Shown: one piece after another, positions 11,554-24,514 of the stretch
Layout: the number at the start of each line of letters is the position of its first letter
Numbering within the stretch: position 1 is the first letter of the stretch
NCBI GenBank assembly: GCA_030295235.1
Contig: AP026124.1
Span: forward strand, 434,001 to 498,000
DNA length: 64,000 nucleotides
DNA from: Fistulifera solaris
Taxonomy: Eukaryota
Direction of reading: 5' to 3'
The notes under the pieces: generated by a model
What the model saw: the letters and a program-made list of their open reading frames with translations, nothing else
What the model was told of the DNA's origin: nothing
Database searches by the model: none
Program-made: the position numbers and the translations under genes

Positions 11554-14500
11554 TTAAGCCCAGTGAGGGGTTACTCTTGGATCCACGTCTTTAAGGAAGT
11601 TTACAACCCGGCCAAATCCTCTTGGCTGCTCGTCCCGAAGCCGTGTTGCTAGTCTTGGAATCGCTTCTATGAATAAAGTAGAGAACTGCTCAGTTACATC
11701 CATATCTTCACCTTGCGTGAAGATATTGATATCCACGTGGCTTCTGCCATCCCACAGGACGATAGCGTTTCCACCGTACCACAGGAGGACATTAATACTG
11801 CCTTCACCGATGTTAATTTCGTAAACTTCTGCCTGGGCCACTGCCTTATCGTCCATAGACCGAACAACGTTTCTGACGGCTTCCTTAACAAGGGTACGAG
11901 TTACTACAAAAGGGTCATCTGTCCGAGGCACCTTCTCAACGATCTTTTGACTTCCTCCTTCCCGTTGACAATGACCGTTTTCTCCGTGATAACCTTGTCA
12001 ATTATAGGTTCGACCTCGAGCTGAATAACCGTCTGTCTTCCGACTGGTTGCTGAGAATTCCATTGCTTGAGAGGGGCGCTTTGGTCGTAGTCTTTTGGAA
12101 GAAAAAAACTGAGAGGGCTTAAATTTCGGCATGTACTTGAAAAGACCACCTTGTACATTGCGGACGTCCGCTTCTAAGTTTGTCTCCTTTTCAATACTTT
12201 GACAGACGGCAAGCAGATTTTCAAAGAAGCGATCGTCTCCGGAAGACAAGACGCCCATTTCCATGCTGCTGTCAGAGTTGTTGAAAAGGACTTCGGCGCG
12301 GAAAACTGGTTCGAGGACAATAAAATCCCTTCGGAAGCGGTCCAGAAATGCCCTTCTCCATTCTTCTGTTACATCTAATGAGTTGGCAACGACCAAAACA
12401 TCGTTTGCTAGTATCTCCTTTCTTGTGAACCTGCTTTTGAAGACCCTGTGTATGATTTGACCAAACTCATATGAGACAGTGTCATCCAAGACGACAACAC
12501 GGAACACCTTGGCTTTAGCGGCTTCTGTAATGGTCGACAGCACTTGCTTTTCGCATGCGAGCTTCGCACTTAAAGCGTACTCATTCTTTAGATCGATCCC
12601 TTGGCAAGTCCACACGGGCACCACCGTGCCCTTCGCTGCTTCCTTAAAAACTTCGAGACTGTTGCACACGGAGCTTTTGTCTCCACAGAAAACAAGGGCA
12701 CTGTAGTCGGCGTCCTTAATCAGTTCTAATGCTCTCTTCAAAACAATTTTTGAGACCTGGCTATCCTCGGGGGTCTTGCGGGCTACGTCTGTTTTTGAAT
12801 AACAATCTCGTGTGAGCCGAGGTCCTCGACTCTTTTCATCTTGTTTCCACGACTGTACGCCGAATATACCACCCGCAACAATGCGGTAAGATGAAGAGGA
12901 GTGTTCGCCGGTCGACCCTGTCAATTGAATTGCAGCTTTCTTAATACTCTCATGTGCATCAAAATTAGCCCACATGTGAATATCAAACGCACAGTAACTA
13001 TGGTGTGGCCATCGCCTGGCTACTACGTAACCCTCCTCAAGAAGAACAACAACGGCACCACCTGCCGATTCCGTCGATTGAGAAAAAGCGTCGACCACTT
13101 TGACTCCAACAGCTTGCAGAGACGATAAGAGTGCGCTCTGGAATGTCTCCGCCGATTCGAAAAGAGTCGCAGCATTTTCCGTCTCAAGGACCATAAGTAT
13201 ACCCGGACTTCGCTTTTGTTCTGTTATCACTTCTTCAACGTCATCAGGGTTCTTACAAGTCTTCTGCTGACTGGCTCTCTTCCTTCTTCGGTAATCGTGC
13301 CAGCTTTCAAATTGGAGCTGATTGTCGTCGTAAGGGGTAACGAAAAGATTAGGTCCGGTGTCATGATTGATTGGGTGTTTGTATAGCATATCATTTGCGT
13401 AGCTTCCAAACACCAATGCTTGCGTGCAAATCACAGGAACATCCCTGAAATGAACTTGGACCGTATAGTCAAAAATTTCACTAAACTTTTCGAGGTACAA
13501 CTCATTCTTCACAATAATCCCGTCGGGTTTCAATAAGAGAGCCAGAGCGCCAAAGATATCGAGTCCATCGGTGACTGTCATGGACATCACTGTTTCGCTC
13601 AAATCTACGAGGACCATGTCAAAAGAACCAAAGTAATCGCTAGGGAGCATCAAAAGGCTCTTGGCGGCGTCTCCGTACCACCACTGAACTTTCTCGTTAT
13701 CCCAATGTGGCTGCGTTCCAAAATGCTTGAAGCTTCCTCTTGTGACTTGCTGGTCCAATTCCAATCCAACCACCAATTCCAATGAAGGGTATTTGATGAT
13801 TTCATGCAACAACATTGAATCACCGCCACCGACGAAGAGGACTCGTTTCACTGTATCAAAGAAACGAGCTGTATAATGGACTACCATTTCGTGGTAATGA
13901 GCGCGATAGCTACCGCATATCTGAACAACGGTATCAAGCTCAAAGCACGTGTCCTTGTTTTCAGGGTTGTGAAAGAATGCAATCTTCTGATAGAGCGATT
14001 TGGTCACCTCCAGGACTTTGTACTTGGGGAACTCCATGGTTCTACCTTGCTTACAAAGATAGGACGTATAGTCTAAATGGTCCCGTTCTTCTTGCAAAGC
14101 ATCGTATCGAGGACGACGACTTTCATCTCCTTCGAGAAGTACTTCGCATGACCCCGAGGCGTTGTTAGTCATGTCCGTACACTGGTGATCCAAATCGTTT
14201 GCCGATTCAATAGCATGAGCGATAGCATTCATTAACGCATCCAGAAATTGTCGACACAATAGTTCTTCGTTCGCTGGAACGTTCAATTCCTCCTGAAACT
14301 CAGCCCTGTAAACATCTTCCAGGCGAAGAAGTTCCCCTTCCAGAAATTCGATTCCATCGTCCGGAGGCTCATCGAACAACCACGTGACCTGCATGACTTT
14401 GTTGACCTCCCCTGCTTCGTTGGTATGTTCGACTTCATCTAATTCAAATCCAAGATTATCGTACTGGTGAAAGATCCATCTCTGAGGATATTGCTCCACG

Positions 14501-15282
14501 AAACCATAATCGCGAAGGATCTCCGGAGTACCGTAATCGCTGTCGCGTGAACTACAATCCACGCAAAAGTTGTAGGACGTATACAGCTCCTCACCGGGCT
14601 GAATATCACGCGAGGCTCGCACGGTCACATCGTTCGTGTTGTAGTGGATGGAGTCGCATTCGGTGTTCAACCATTTGCCATTCCGATGACTTAACATGTC
14701 GTACACCGGAATCAACACATCATCCCAACTTCGCTGTAGAACGATAAGATACGCGTCTTCCGTGAGATCATCCGAGTACGGATCTTTGCATTCTTCTTCA
14801 AAGGTGTATCCGAAAGGTCCTTCGGGAGGCAGAAATTGTGCGTCTTCGTGTCGATCGACGAGGATTTTCTCGAGCAGTTCTTGACCTTCTTCCGACCAGC
14901 CGTTCGGAAGTTGTCCGGTGGGTTGATCGAGTAAGTAGTTAACATACGGTGCGTATTTCGATTGGTTACCCAGTCGCATTTCGCGCACCAAATGTTTCAC
15001 CGTGTAGCATTGATCCTCATAGCCTTCGGCGGTGATGAGATATTCACGAGGTATCACGAACAGTGTCGTATTCGCGGGTATGAAAGTCGTCACAAATGCA
15101 CCAAACGGGCAAGATAAATCTTCGGGCTTGTAACGTCGAATTTCGATATTTTCATGGACAAAGCCGGTCGGGGCATCTTTCACCCATTGCACGAGAGCTC
15201 GTACATTATCTCCCATCGGATCTTCCACGGCATGGATTCCCTGGGAGCACAACAAGACTATGATCGACTTGAGCCATATCAT
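11554..15282 (-). CDS. Signal peptide + SET methyltransferase + aminopropyltransferase + two AdoMetDC-like domains (diatom long-chain polyamine fusion enzyme); frameshifts ~12105 and ~11946
   Basis: SET: LIPVYDMLSH, RDIQPGEELYTSY, LRDYGFVE. Spermidine synthase fold: YHEMVVH, VLFVGGGDS, ELDQQV, FDMVLVDLSE. AdoMetDC-like: VVVLLEEGYVVARRWP..YCAFDI and LWDGRSHVDINIFT. Confidence 0.85.
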
Positions 15283-15750
15283 GATGTTTCTTTTTCTCTA
15301 TTTGTAGCATGTAGCTATAGACGATGAATGAATTTACTTGTAATAATGTTAAAACCTTTTATTGCACGAGCTTTTCTTCATTAATGTCATTGTCTTTCCT
15401 CTCGCATCTTTTATTGTTGCCGAAGGTTCGGATTTCCCACACGTGCACATTACTATGGAGAGTGTTTTTGGACCATGATGTGATTGTACAATGCAACCGT
15501 GAGATTTAAAGGCCAATGGATCGACTATCGTTAAAAATGAAACGTGACCGTTTTTCAACGGTTTCACACATAAGAAACTGGCGACCAATCTGCACCGTCC
15601 GGTAGTCGTCCGTGGCGCACCTCTGCACACCGACCTTTCTTCATCAACCAAGAAAACAATAGAACGAAAACCCGCTTCTTCACAAAACTCAGTTCCAAGG
15701 CCTCGCATCGTCCTCATTCGTCTGCATTTGCTGATAAAAGAATATTCAGA

Positions 15751-18474
15751 ATGATAGAACCGCATCACGATTCGGAAGACAGTGATGATGATGATTCAGG
15801 CTTTGGTTTGGCGAACTTGGATTTCCAGGGTGTCAATTTTGATGCGGCAGAATTGACAAATGCCGAAACGAAAGCTTTGAATTGGGAACGGCAACTTCCA
15901 TTTCACGCTGCCTCGTTTCAACTTGAGGATCATTCTCAAAATGACTTGATAAGTATCAAAGATATAGAGGAACTCTTGATAAATGGTCGCTATGTCGATG
16001 TTTTGAGGGGAGCAAAAGCACAAAAACTCTTTCGGGGATACACACAAGGGATTTCACCCTCCGAGTATCTTCGCCAGCAAATTCGATTGCAAGGGCATTC
16101 TGTTATGAGCTGTATAGAGATCGAGTGTATAGCGGTTGCTGCCTTGAATCTCTTTTGCAGGCCAACTATACCGGACCTTCTTTGGAAATTTCGGACGTAG
16201 CTGAGATCAATCCACACACGTGTTTCTCAGAATGGCGAGATTTATCCGCTATGGAACCAAAGAACACCATTGAGGAAACAGAAGAAGAAAAGAAGTCTAG
16301 TGTTACTGGTGGGAAAAGGAACAACGCCTACCAGAATGCAATTTTAGCAGAATTGGCGGTGGACGGTACGTGGCCGGTTCAAGTATGTCAGGTGCCGTAC
16401 TTTCTATGGTTGGCGCGCACCATCTTGGCAGCGTTAAATGACTCTCAAGCGCCAATTTACGAGTATTCACGATACTTGAAGGGTCTTTCTCTCTGGAAGA
16501 GTCGTTCTATCGTGGCTCACGAGCGGCTGTTGCATTCACGTGAACCATCTCAAACGTTATGGGTCGAAGCGCAGAATACGTTTCGGTCGTGTCTCGAGAT
16601 CTATTGTGACACGAGTTCACCTGCGCATCGCAGTGAGGGTGCTGCTGTGATGTTGGAATGGGGTCTGGCGCAATTTCATTTCCAAAAAAAGTCACTTCCT
16701 ACGTTTCGACAAGCTCAAAATCTGTCGGGGTTGACGGTCGAGGTTACTGGCTCCATTGGTAAACGAACCAAGTTCCAACAAGAAGCTACCGCCCAACTGT
16801 TAGTTCGAGCCCAATCTACTGTTCCGGCATCCGAAACAACTCCGTCCGAAAACACGGCCTCCCTTCAGCGTGTTGAACACTCAAATGACGAAATCTTGCT
16901 GGAGAAAATTCAATTCGAGGACGAACGAGATATGGAGATCAAGCCCTTGACCATTTTAGACCAGTCTATTCTGATGGCATTTTGTCTGGATGTGAAAGAA
17001 AGTAATGCGGCCGACGAACTTACCGCAGAAGAAATGGGTGCCTATCTAGCTCGTGTTTTGGATCATCATGATGATTGGATGGTGTACTCTACGGCGTTGT
17101 TGGAACGATCGTGGCTCGAGTTCGAACGAACTCATGCCCGAGAACGAGCCATATTACAGATCCAAGCTCTGGTGGATCAACACACTAATCGACTGACCAT
17201 TACTCAGTCGACTGTGAAAAGTATTGAAGAGTCTGCCCCAGTACAAGTTCGACTCCGAAATCTACATTTGATTGTCTATCCTCCACGATGGTCGATGATA
17301 CAAGACTTGGCGGATCGGTACGCCAAGCTGGGGATTGTAACCAGTGCGGCCGAGTTGTACACCGATATTGAGTTCTGGAATGATGTCGTGGATTGCTATC
17401 GCCGCGCCGGCAAAATGGCGACGGCCGAAGCCATTGTCCGTGAGCGTTTGGAATTGGAAGAGTCGCCTCGCATGTGGGAGGCCTTGGGAGACATTACGAA
17501 CGATCCAAAGTGTTTTGAAAAGGCGATTGAAGTGTCACACGGGCGTTATTCCAGTGCTTTCTTGGCGCTCGGGTCGCATTACTTTGAAAAAGGACAAATC
17601 GAGACGGCAGCGAAATATTATGAGAAGGCGCTGAAAATTAGACCGCTTGTAACATCAGCATGGTTTCGCCTCGGCACGATTCAAATGCAGCTAGAACATT
17701 GGGAGGCGGCTTTGCGCGCATTTTCAGAGGTTGTGCAGCAAGAGCCAGAGGAATACGATGCGTGGGCTAACGTTGCTGCCATTCACATGCGACAACGAAG
17801 ACCAGCGGAAGCCTATCCAGCGTTGCTGGAGGCATTAAAGTACAACCGAAACAACTGGAGAGTGTGGGTGAGCAAATTATATACCTGCCTTGATTTGAAC
17901 AAGTTTGACGAAGCCGTTCAAGCCTGTGAAATGCTCCTTGATCTGCGCAAAGCCAAACAGGCTTCCGATGGCATTCCTCCTCTGGAAGAGCGCTGCGTGC
18001 GAGCGATTGTCGGCGGGTCGTTGAAATCGTTGGAAGCTAGCGCTGGTAATGAAATTCAACTAGATTCTTCTCGAAGGACATTATCGCGTGTTCACGCGCT
18101 ACTCGAAAAGATTAAGTACTTCCTCGGATGCCGAACCCTGGATGTTTGAGACCATGGCTGTGTTCAACCAGGCAGTAGGACAAAACGAGGAAGTTCTAGA
18201 CAATTTGCTCAAGGAATACCGATCTTTGCAAGCAGTAGCAGGTTGGGAAAAGGATGATAAATTTGTGATCAAGATTTGTCGAGTTGCATCACAGATTAGC
18301 AATCTGTACTGTCAGAAGGGTGACAAACAGAATCTAACCAAAGCACGCTTTCTAGTGCGCGGAATCAAGCAAAAGATTGAAGCGTCGCGACCAGGAGAAA
18401 ATACGATTCCCGAAGAAGTTTTTCAGCTTTCCAATGTGATGGATGAAATTGAGACAAAGCTAAGTAGGCTTTGA
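15751..18474 (+). CDS. TTC27: TPR repeat protein TTC27/Emw1-like; frameshifts ~16153 and ~18107
   Basis: LQANYTGP, GKRTKFQQ, WMVYSTALLERS, C-terminal TPRs (AWFRLG, DAWANVA, NWRVW). Confidence 0.82.
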
Positions 18475-18508
18475 GCAAGAGAAAGGATGACAAATCGAAA
18501 TCATGGAT

Positions 18509-19021
18509 CTACTCCTTGGTCGAACTTTGTGCCTCCGGGTGTGCTTTGAGCCACTTGGGACTATAGGCAATCTTTACTTCTTGATCCAACATCTTAGCTA
18601 GTTGCAAATCATTTTCTGTGACCCCTCCTAATTTGTGTGTGTAAAGTTGAATTTCGACGTCTCTGTAATTTGTCAAGTGAAAATCGGGATGATGTGATTC
18701 GCGTTCGGCAATTTTCCCCATGTCATTGATTGCATCGAGTGCGCATTGAAAGTTTTTCGATGTGAAACTGCGAGAGAGATATTTTGCATCTTTGTCGTTC
18801 TTGGATAAGTGCCACAGCGGGAGTTCAGCCATGGACTGCGAAAGTGTTTCGTCATCCAGTAGATATGACGAGTCCATGGTCGAGCAAGGCACGCATTTCG
18901 GTTTAGCTGATAAATCTGTCACAGATGTCATTCTCTTTAATACTTTGTTTACCGAAAAGCTTGTTGCTGTTAGAACACAAATAGATAGGAGCTGGGAAAT
19001 GATAACGAGCAAATGCAACAT
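18509..19021 (-). CDS. PCBD: Pterin-4-alpha-carbinolamine dehydratase with presequence
   Basis: CVPC, AERESHHPD, LYTHKLGGVTEND; N-terminal signal peptide. Confidence 0.88.
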   Translation of the reverse strand: MLHLLVIISQLLSICVLTATSFSVNKVLKRMTSVTDLSAKPKCVPCSTMDSSYLLDDETLSQSMAELPLWHLSKNDKDAKYLSRSFTSKNFQCALDAINDMGKIAERESHHPDFHLTNYRDVEIQLYTHKLGGVTENDLQLAKMLDQEVKIAYSPKWLKAHPEAQSSTKE

Positions 19022-19443
19022 AGCCGCTTTGTATTGCTTCTAATGAATGATGGCTTTCGATCATCGTCGCATTTCTTGTTTTGTTTAACTATTTCACGTC
19101 CTTTTGTAGACCGTGTGACTTAGCGGTACCACATAGTCCTAGTACTACATGAAAGGTCATACGCCTATCAGCCAAGACGTTTCCGCAATAATTAGCATTG
19201 GCTACAGTCCTGCTTTTAGTATGCCACGTGGGATGGATCCTTCCACCAATCATCGCTATGTGTTTCAAAATCCACAGTCACGTTCCACGAAGAAAATCGC
19301 GATCGCACCGTCAGCACGCACTGGAACGCCAAAGAAAATTTCCTCCTCCTCAGAACGATTTATTTGTCGTGAAGGAGCAATTATTGTCCTCTATTGCTTG
19401 TACCACTGCAAGCTCTATCTTCATCTTACTTTGAGTTGCAAAG

Positions 19444-20601
19444 ATGACAACGCCGACCCAAGAACAGTGCAAGTCGGAACTGAAAGCCCGTATCGTGTCG
19501 GGAACAATTGGGTCCATTATCACTTCATTAGTTGTGACGCCGCTCGATGTCGTCAAAATACGACAGCAAGCTGCGATACCAGATGTTCACGTAGCGTCTA
19601 CTCGCACAACACCGAATCTAATACGCTGTCCCCGGGGATGTGGTACTTTTGTTGTATTTAATGGGCACATGGACTGTGTCTTGTCTAAACAGTCTGTTTC
19701 TTACTTTGATTCTGTGGGAGGTCTAACGCAACAAGCCAGGGCTTCGGCAACGAATGGAGGTGGCCCTTTGCGATTGATGCGAACAATATTTGCCACGGAA
19801 GGATTGCAAGGGATCTATGCGGGTCTTTTTCCGACATTACTCATGGCGGTCCCCAATACGGTCCTTTACTTTTCGGCATATGACGAATTCATATACTGGC
19901 TCCGGAAGCGTTCGAATGATGCCAGTTGGGCGCCCTTGGTAGCAGGAGGGTCTGCACGGTTTTTGGCCTCTTCAATTACCGCGCCTCTCGAAGCGTTACG
20001 TACAAGGCAAGCGGCTGCGGGGCAAAGTGCGATCACTCTCGGATTGGTCGGTGACTTACAAAGAATTATCCGTAATGAAGGACTGGGTTCTCTGTACAGG
20101 GGGTGGAGACCAACCATGTGGAGAGATGTTCCATTTTCGGCTATATACTGGCTTTGTATAGAAGAAATGAAAACACATTTGCTGACACGCCTGGATCACA
20201 CACCCTCTCGATCCGAACAAACCGGTATCTCCTTCATCAGTGGTGCTACTGCAGGGTTAATTGCTGCAGCTTGTACTACGCCATTTGATGTTGTGAAAAC
20301 ACGGCATCAGGTTGCCAATTTACAGTTGGCCGAAAAAATCGTAGATTCTCAATGCTTGCACGATGGAGCTAGTGCTTACCGACCACCCACGCAGGCTACG
20401 ACAAAGGGCACATTTACTGCGCTACGAGAGATTATGAAAAACGAAGGAATTGCTGCTTTGTGGACAGGAAATCAAGCACGGATGCTGAAAGTCGCCCCTG
20501 CTTGTGCCATTATGATTTCAACATATGAGTTTGGCAAGCTTATTCTGACAAAGGATCACTCAGGTTCAATAGAGAATAGTTGCGATGGAAACTGTCGTTA
20601 A
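19444..20601 (+). CDS. Mitochondrial carrier, SLC25A39/40 (Mtm1)-like
   Basis: Three P-x-[DE]-x2-[KR] motifs (PLDVVK, PLEALR, PFDVVK); RDVPFSAIYW; KVAPACAIMISTYE; FNGHMDC insert. Confidence 0.88.
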   Translation: MTTPTQEQCKSELKARIVSGTIGSIITSLVVTPLDVVKIRQQAAIPDVHVASTRTTPNLIRCPRGCGTFVVFNGHMDCVLSKQSVSYFDSVGGLTQQARASATNGGGPLRLMRTIFATEGLQGIYAGLFPTLLMAVPNTVLYFSAYDEFIYWLRKRSNDASWAPLVAGGSARFLASSITAPLEALRTRQAAAGQSAITLGLVGDLQRIIRNEGLGSLYRGWRPTMWRDVPFSAIYWLCIEEMKTHLLTRLDHTPSRSEQTGISFISGATAGLIAAACTTPFDVVKTRHQVANLQLAEKIVDSQCLHDGASAYRPPTQATTKGTFTALREIMKNEGIAALWTGNQARMLKVAPACAIMISTYEFGKLILTKDHSGSIENSCDGNCR

Positions 20602-20888
20602 TGAATTCAAAAGAGGAAGCTTAGATAGATTGGTTTGGACTTCTACTCATTGTGTTTTGAATGGTATAGAGTTCTCTCTTCTCACGATAAACCTAGTCGT
20701 ATTTTTTTAAATAGAAAAAAGTCGTACCGGTTTCAGTTGACTCTGTACCAAAGTTCATACCGAGCAGCATTCGACAAGTCTCCATTCTCTCCTTTTTCGC
20801 TGAGCTTGGATGACAAATAAATAATTGAAACACAAATCAATCGTATTATCATGTCGGGGACTTGTTATCTCCAATTATAACTCTCACC

Positions 20889-23800
20889 ATGGTGAAGCCA
20901 CCTAAAACGATGCAGCCTGAGGCTATCAACCTGGAAAAAGCGGGTCGGTCGCAGAACGCGTCTTTTGGTGAAGACAGTTTTCGCAATTACATGGCACGCA
21001 AGATTGATATGCAACGTCAACAATTCGGTTTGATCTTGCCACCACCTCCTCCAGAATCTCAAGAGTTGAAGAAAGGTCTGAAAAGAAGAGTGTCATTTTC
21101 CGTGGATGTCAAAGACAAGAAGGAAAAGAAGAGAAAAAAAGTCGGGTATACAAAGCGTTCTCAAAAGGTTGCAACGGCGACACGGAAGCAGACGGAAACG
21201 GAAGCGTGCGGACATTACAGAGGACGACCAACACGACAATTCATTTCTTGAAGACGATGTTGAGGAATTTATAGACGAGACTGCTGCCAAGTCTCCCGCA
21301 TCTGACGAGATCGAATCAAGTGACTGCGAAACTCAAATGCACAAACTTAATATCGAGGCACGCAAAGACCTTTTCTTCCGAGGTATTGTAGTTATGGTCA
21401 ACGGCTATACAGATCCGGATGCCGAAAGCATACAAAGAATGCTCCACAAGCATGGTGGAGATCTGGAAAAATACGAAACGAGTAGAATTACACATATCAT
21501 TGCTGAGCGTTTGTCGACTGCCAAAGCCAACATTTACAAAAAGCAGCGGAAGCCAACACCCGTTTGTTATCCGACCTGGATCGTTGATTGCGTGAAAGCT
21601 CAGTCTTTGCTTCCTTATGGCCCCTACCTTATCAAGGAAGTGCGGGAACAGTTTGCGACGAACGGGAGCATCGCTGACCTTTTTCGTCGGGTTGAGGAGA
21701 ATAAGGTGTCTCGCGATGGTTGTTCTGTCCAGAGGGGCGACTCGTCTTTAAGCTCACCATCGAGCGTTGTGAAGAAAGGAGAACTATTGGTAGACGAGAC
21801 TTCACAGTATCATTCATTCACTGTTTCACCAGTGGGCGAAAGCTTGGAGACCCTACAGCACGAGTCCTCCGCGTATCGCGAAGACGTATTTAGCCAGTCT
21901 CAGGACACGTACACACTGATGAATGGTCTTGACAGCGCAGACTTTCCAGTTGATGAGAGTGATCGAGTTGATTCTTCGTTGAAAGTTACAGATAATGTGA
22001 CCGAATTCCGAGTTGATCAGCGGATAGTAGATGTTCCTAGAGTCATTAATGAAGGACTCTCGAACGAAAACAGTCACGACATTGTTTCCGGAATAGCTGC
22101 AAATTCATCAAAAAAAGACAGCAAGCATATCAACGGCCGTATTCGAACAGTGGGAACGGACCCTGACTTCTTGGAGTCGTTTTTTCTGCTTCTCGGTTGA
22201 GTTTCATTGGCAGCTTCAAGCAGAGAGTTCGCAACACCTCCACTCTTCAAAATGAAAAGAAAGTGAATCAGCAACGCTATGTACTTCACATTGATATGGA
22301 TTGCTTCTTCGCCGCTGTTGCTTTGCGGAACTATCCGGCGTATCAGGATAAGCCAGTCGTCATCTCTCATTTCGGAATTTCTCCTGGCACTAACGAGCCG
22401 GTCGATGAGGTGACTGCTACATCGACGTCGGAATGTGCCACATGTAATTATCATGCTCGGAAGTTTGGTATTAAGAAGGGAATGTACCTGGGTCAAGCAA
22501 AGCAGCTTTGCCCCGATTTAGTTGTTCTCAAGTATGACTTCGAGGGGTACGAAGAGGTTTCTCAGCAAGTGACAGATATCCTCGAAGAGCAAGCCGATTT
22601 ATATTTTGGTAACTTGGAACAAGTCTCTTGTGATGAGGCTTTCCTTGAGATTTTTTTTGGAAGTAAGCGACGAGTCGAGGCAGAAGGTGGCAGTCATAGC
22701 AGAATCGATTCGCACAAGTATATTCGACGTCACAGGTTGTACTGCAACAGTTGGAGTTGGGTACAATAAATTCCTTGCAAAGCTAGCGACTGACAAAGTA
22801 AAACCAAACAGGTCCTTTGTTGTTGATAATCCACACGACCTGCTCAAAGAACTGAAACTTCGCGACCTCCACGGTATCGGCTACAAGCTAGAACGCAAAC
22901 TAGAGGAGGAACAACTCGTGACTGTGCAAGATGTTTGGGACTTGGGAAAAGAGGCTGAAGGTGAACTAATCAGAGTTCTTGGACCGGGGATGGGAAAAAA
23001 GATATGGCTCTTTTGCAAAGGGATAGATGACCGTCCTGTACAACCGGCAGAGCGGAAGACAATTGGGGCTGAGGTAAGATTGATATTGCTGCCTAATAAA
23101 AAGTTTACAAGCTGCTAACAAGGGTTTTTATTGAAAAGTGCAATTATGGTGTTCGTTTCAATGGCCCCTACGGAGTCGATCATATGATGAAAGGACTGGC
23201 GAAAGAAGTTGCAAGGCGAATGGCTCATGTTGGCGTTAAAGGGTCAAAAGTTTCGCTGAAGTTAAAACAACGGAAACAAGGCGCCCCGCCCCGCCGAAGT
23301 TTCTTGGTCACGGAAGCTGCCATAACTTATCCCGATGCTGTGAAGTCCCGTTCGATGCAGTAACGCGGGATAGCGAGGTACTTTTTCACTGTGGAATGAA
23401 GCTACTCGATGAGATGTGCGTAAATCGAGATGATATCAGAGGAATGGGGTATGTACCAGGTTTGTGCCTTTTATATCCGCTTTCACTTTCCTGACATTTT
23501 TTTTGTAGAATAATTGTTAGCAAATTGGTTCGTGACAATACCGAAGTGATTGACTTGCGAACAAGGATTGAGCCATCCATCCTTGATTACTTCAAGAATC
23601 CCCATATTGAAGTGTCCGCTAACGATACTGGTGAGAGGGAAGCTGCCAATCTGAGAAATAGCCCGACATCGAGCGAAGATATTTCTGTCGTTGCGGTCCA
23701 TCACCCTCCCACAGATGCAGATTGTGACATCGATATTCCTTCTCTTAGTCAGCTTCACTTAAGCCAAGTCAATCAGCTCCCCAGTCCCATGAGACAGACG

Positions 23801-24484
23801 ATTTTATCAAAAGTAGATGCAGCAAACAAGGAGCGGAAAATTACTGATGAGAGAAATGCCATTTCCTCCAGAGACGCCCGCTTACTCCAGACAGACATGC
23901 GCCGTATGATGAAGCTTGCTGCTGTTAAAAGTGGCGACCAAAGTATATTGGGATCGTCAGACCTTGGAGTCTCCATGACACAGCTTGAAAGCCTCCCACT
24001 CGAGCTGCAGCTTCAACTTGCGAATGGCGACGACAGGCCGATCGGATTAGTACCGAGGAAGACTCGAAACACTTCGGACCTTTCCAGACCTGTTAGATCA
24101 AAATTTGGAGCTCTAGCGTCTGACCAATCTATTACTGAATTCGACGCAGAGGTCATTGCTGTGGACTCTGACAGTGATGATCCATCTGTTCCGTTGACGG
24201 TGAGAAGGCAAAGCTTCTACCAAGAAAATGTCAAGCCTCTGATGATTTTTATGGACGAGAACAGTAGTAACAACGAAGAAGCTGTCAATCAAGTGCTGGA
24301 GTTCTTTCATGTTGTCATCGCTGAGGAAGAACGTCATCAAGAAGCAGTTGTACTTCTTCGAAGTATCAGGAGGCGCAAGGATAGTTGGAGCGCTTACCCG
24401 TTCAATCAGATTCTTGATGAACTTAACAGCTCCATGAAGCGAACATTCGGATATAGTCTAGATCGCCAAATGCTTGAATACTAA
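20889..24484 (+). CDS. REV1: Y-family translesion polymerase REV1; introns 23074-23138 and 23449-23508; frameshifts ~21138, ~22183, ~22655, ~23290
   Basis: BRCT domain (FRGIVVMVNGYT..THIIA..WIVDC), N-digit SRLSFIG after repair, HIDMDCFFAAV, CNYHARKFGI, SCDEA, CNYGVRF, KFLGHG. Confidence 0.9.
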
Positions 24485-24514
24485 TGTATATTAAAATGTA
24501 TTCTTATAAACCGC

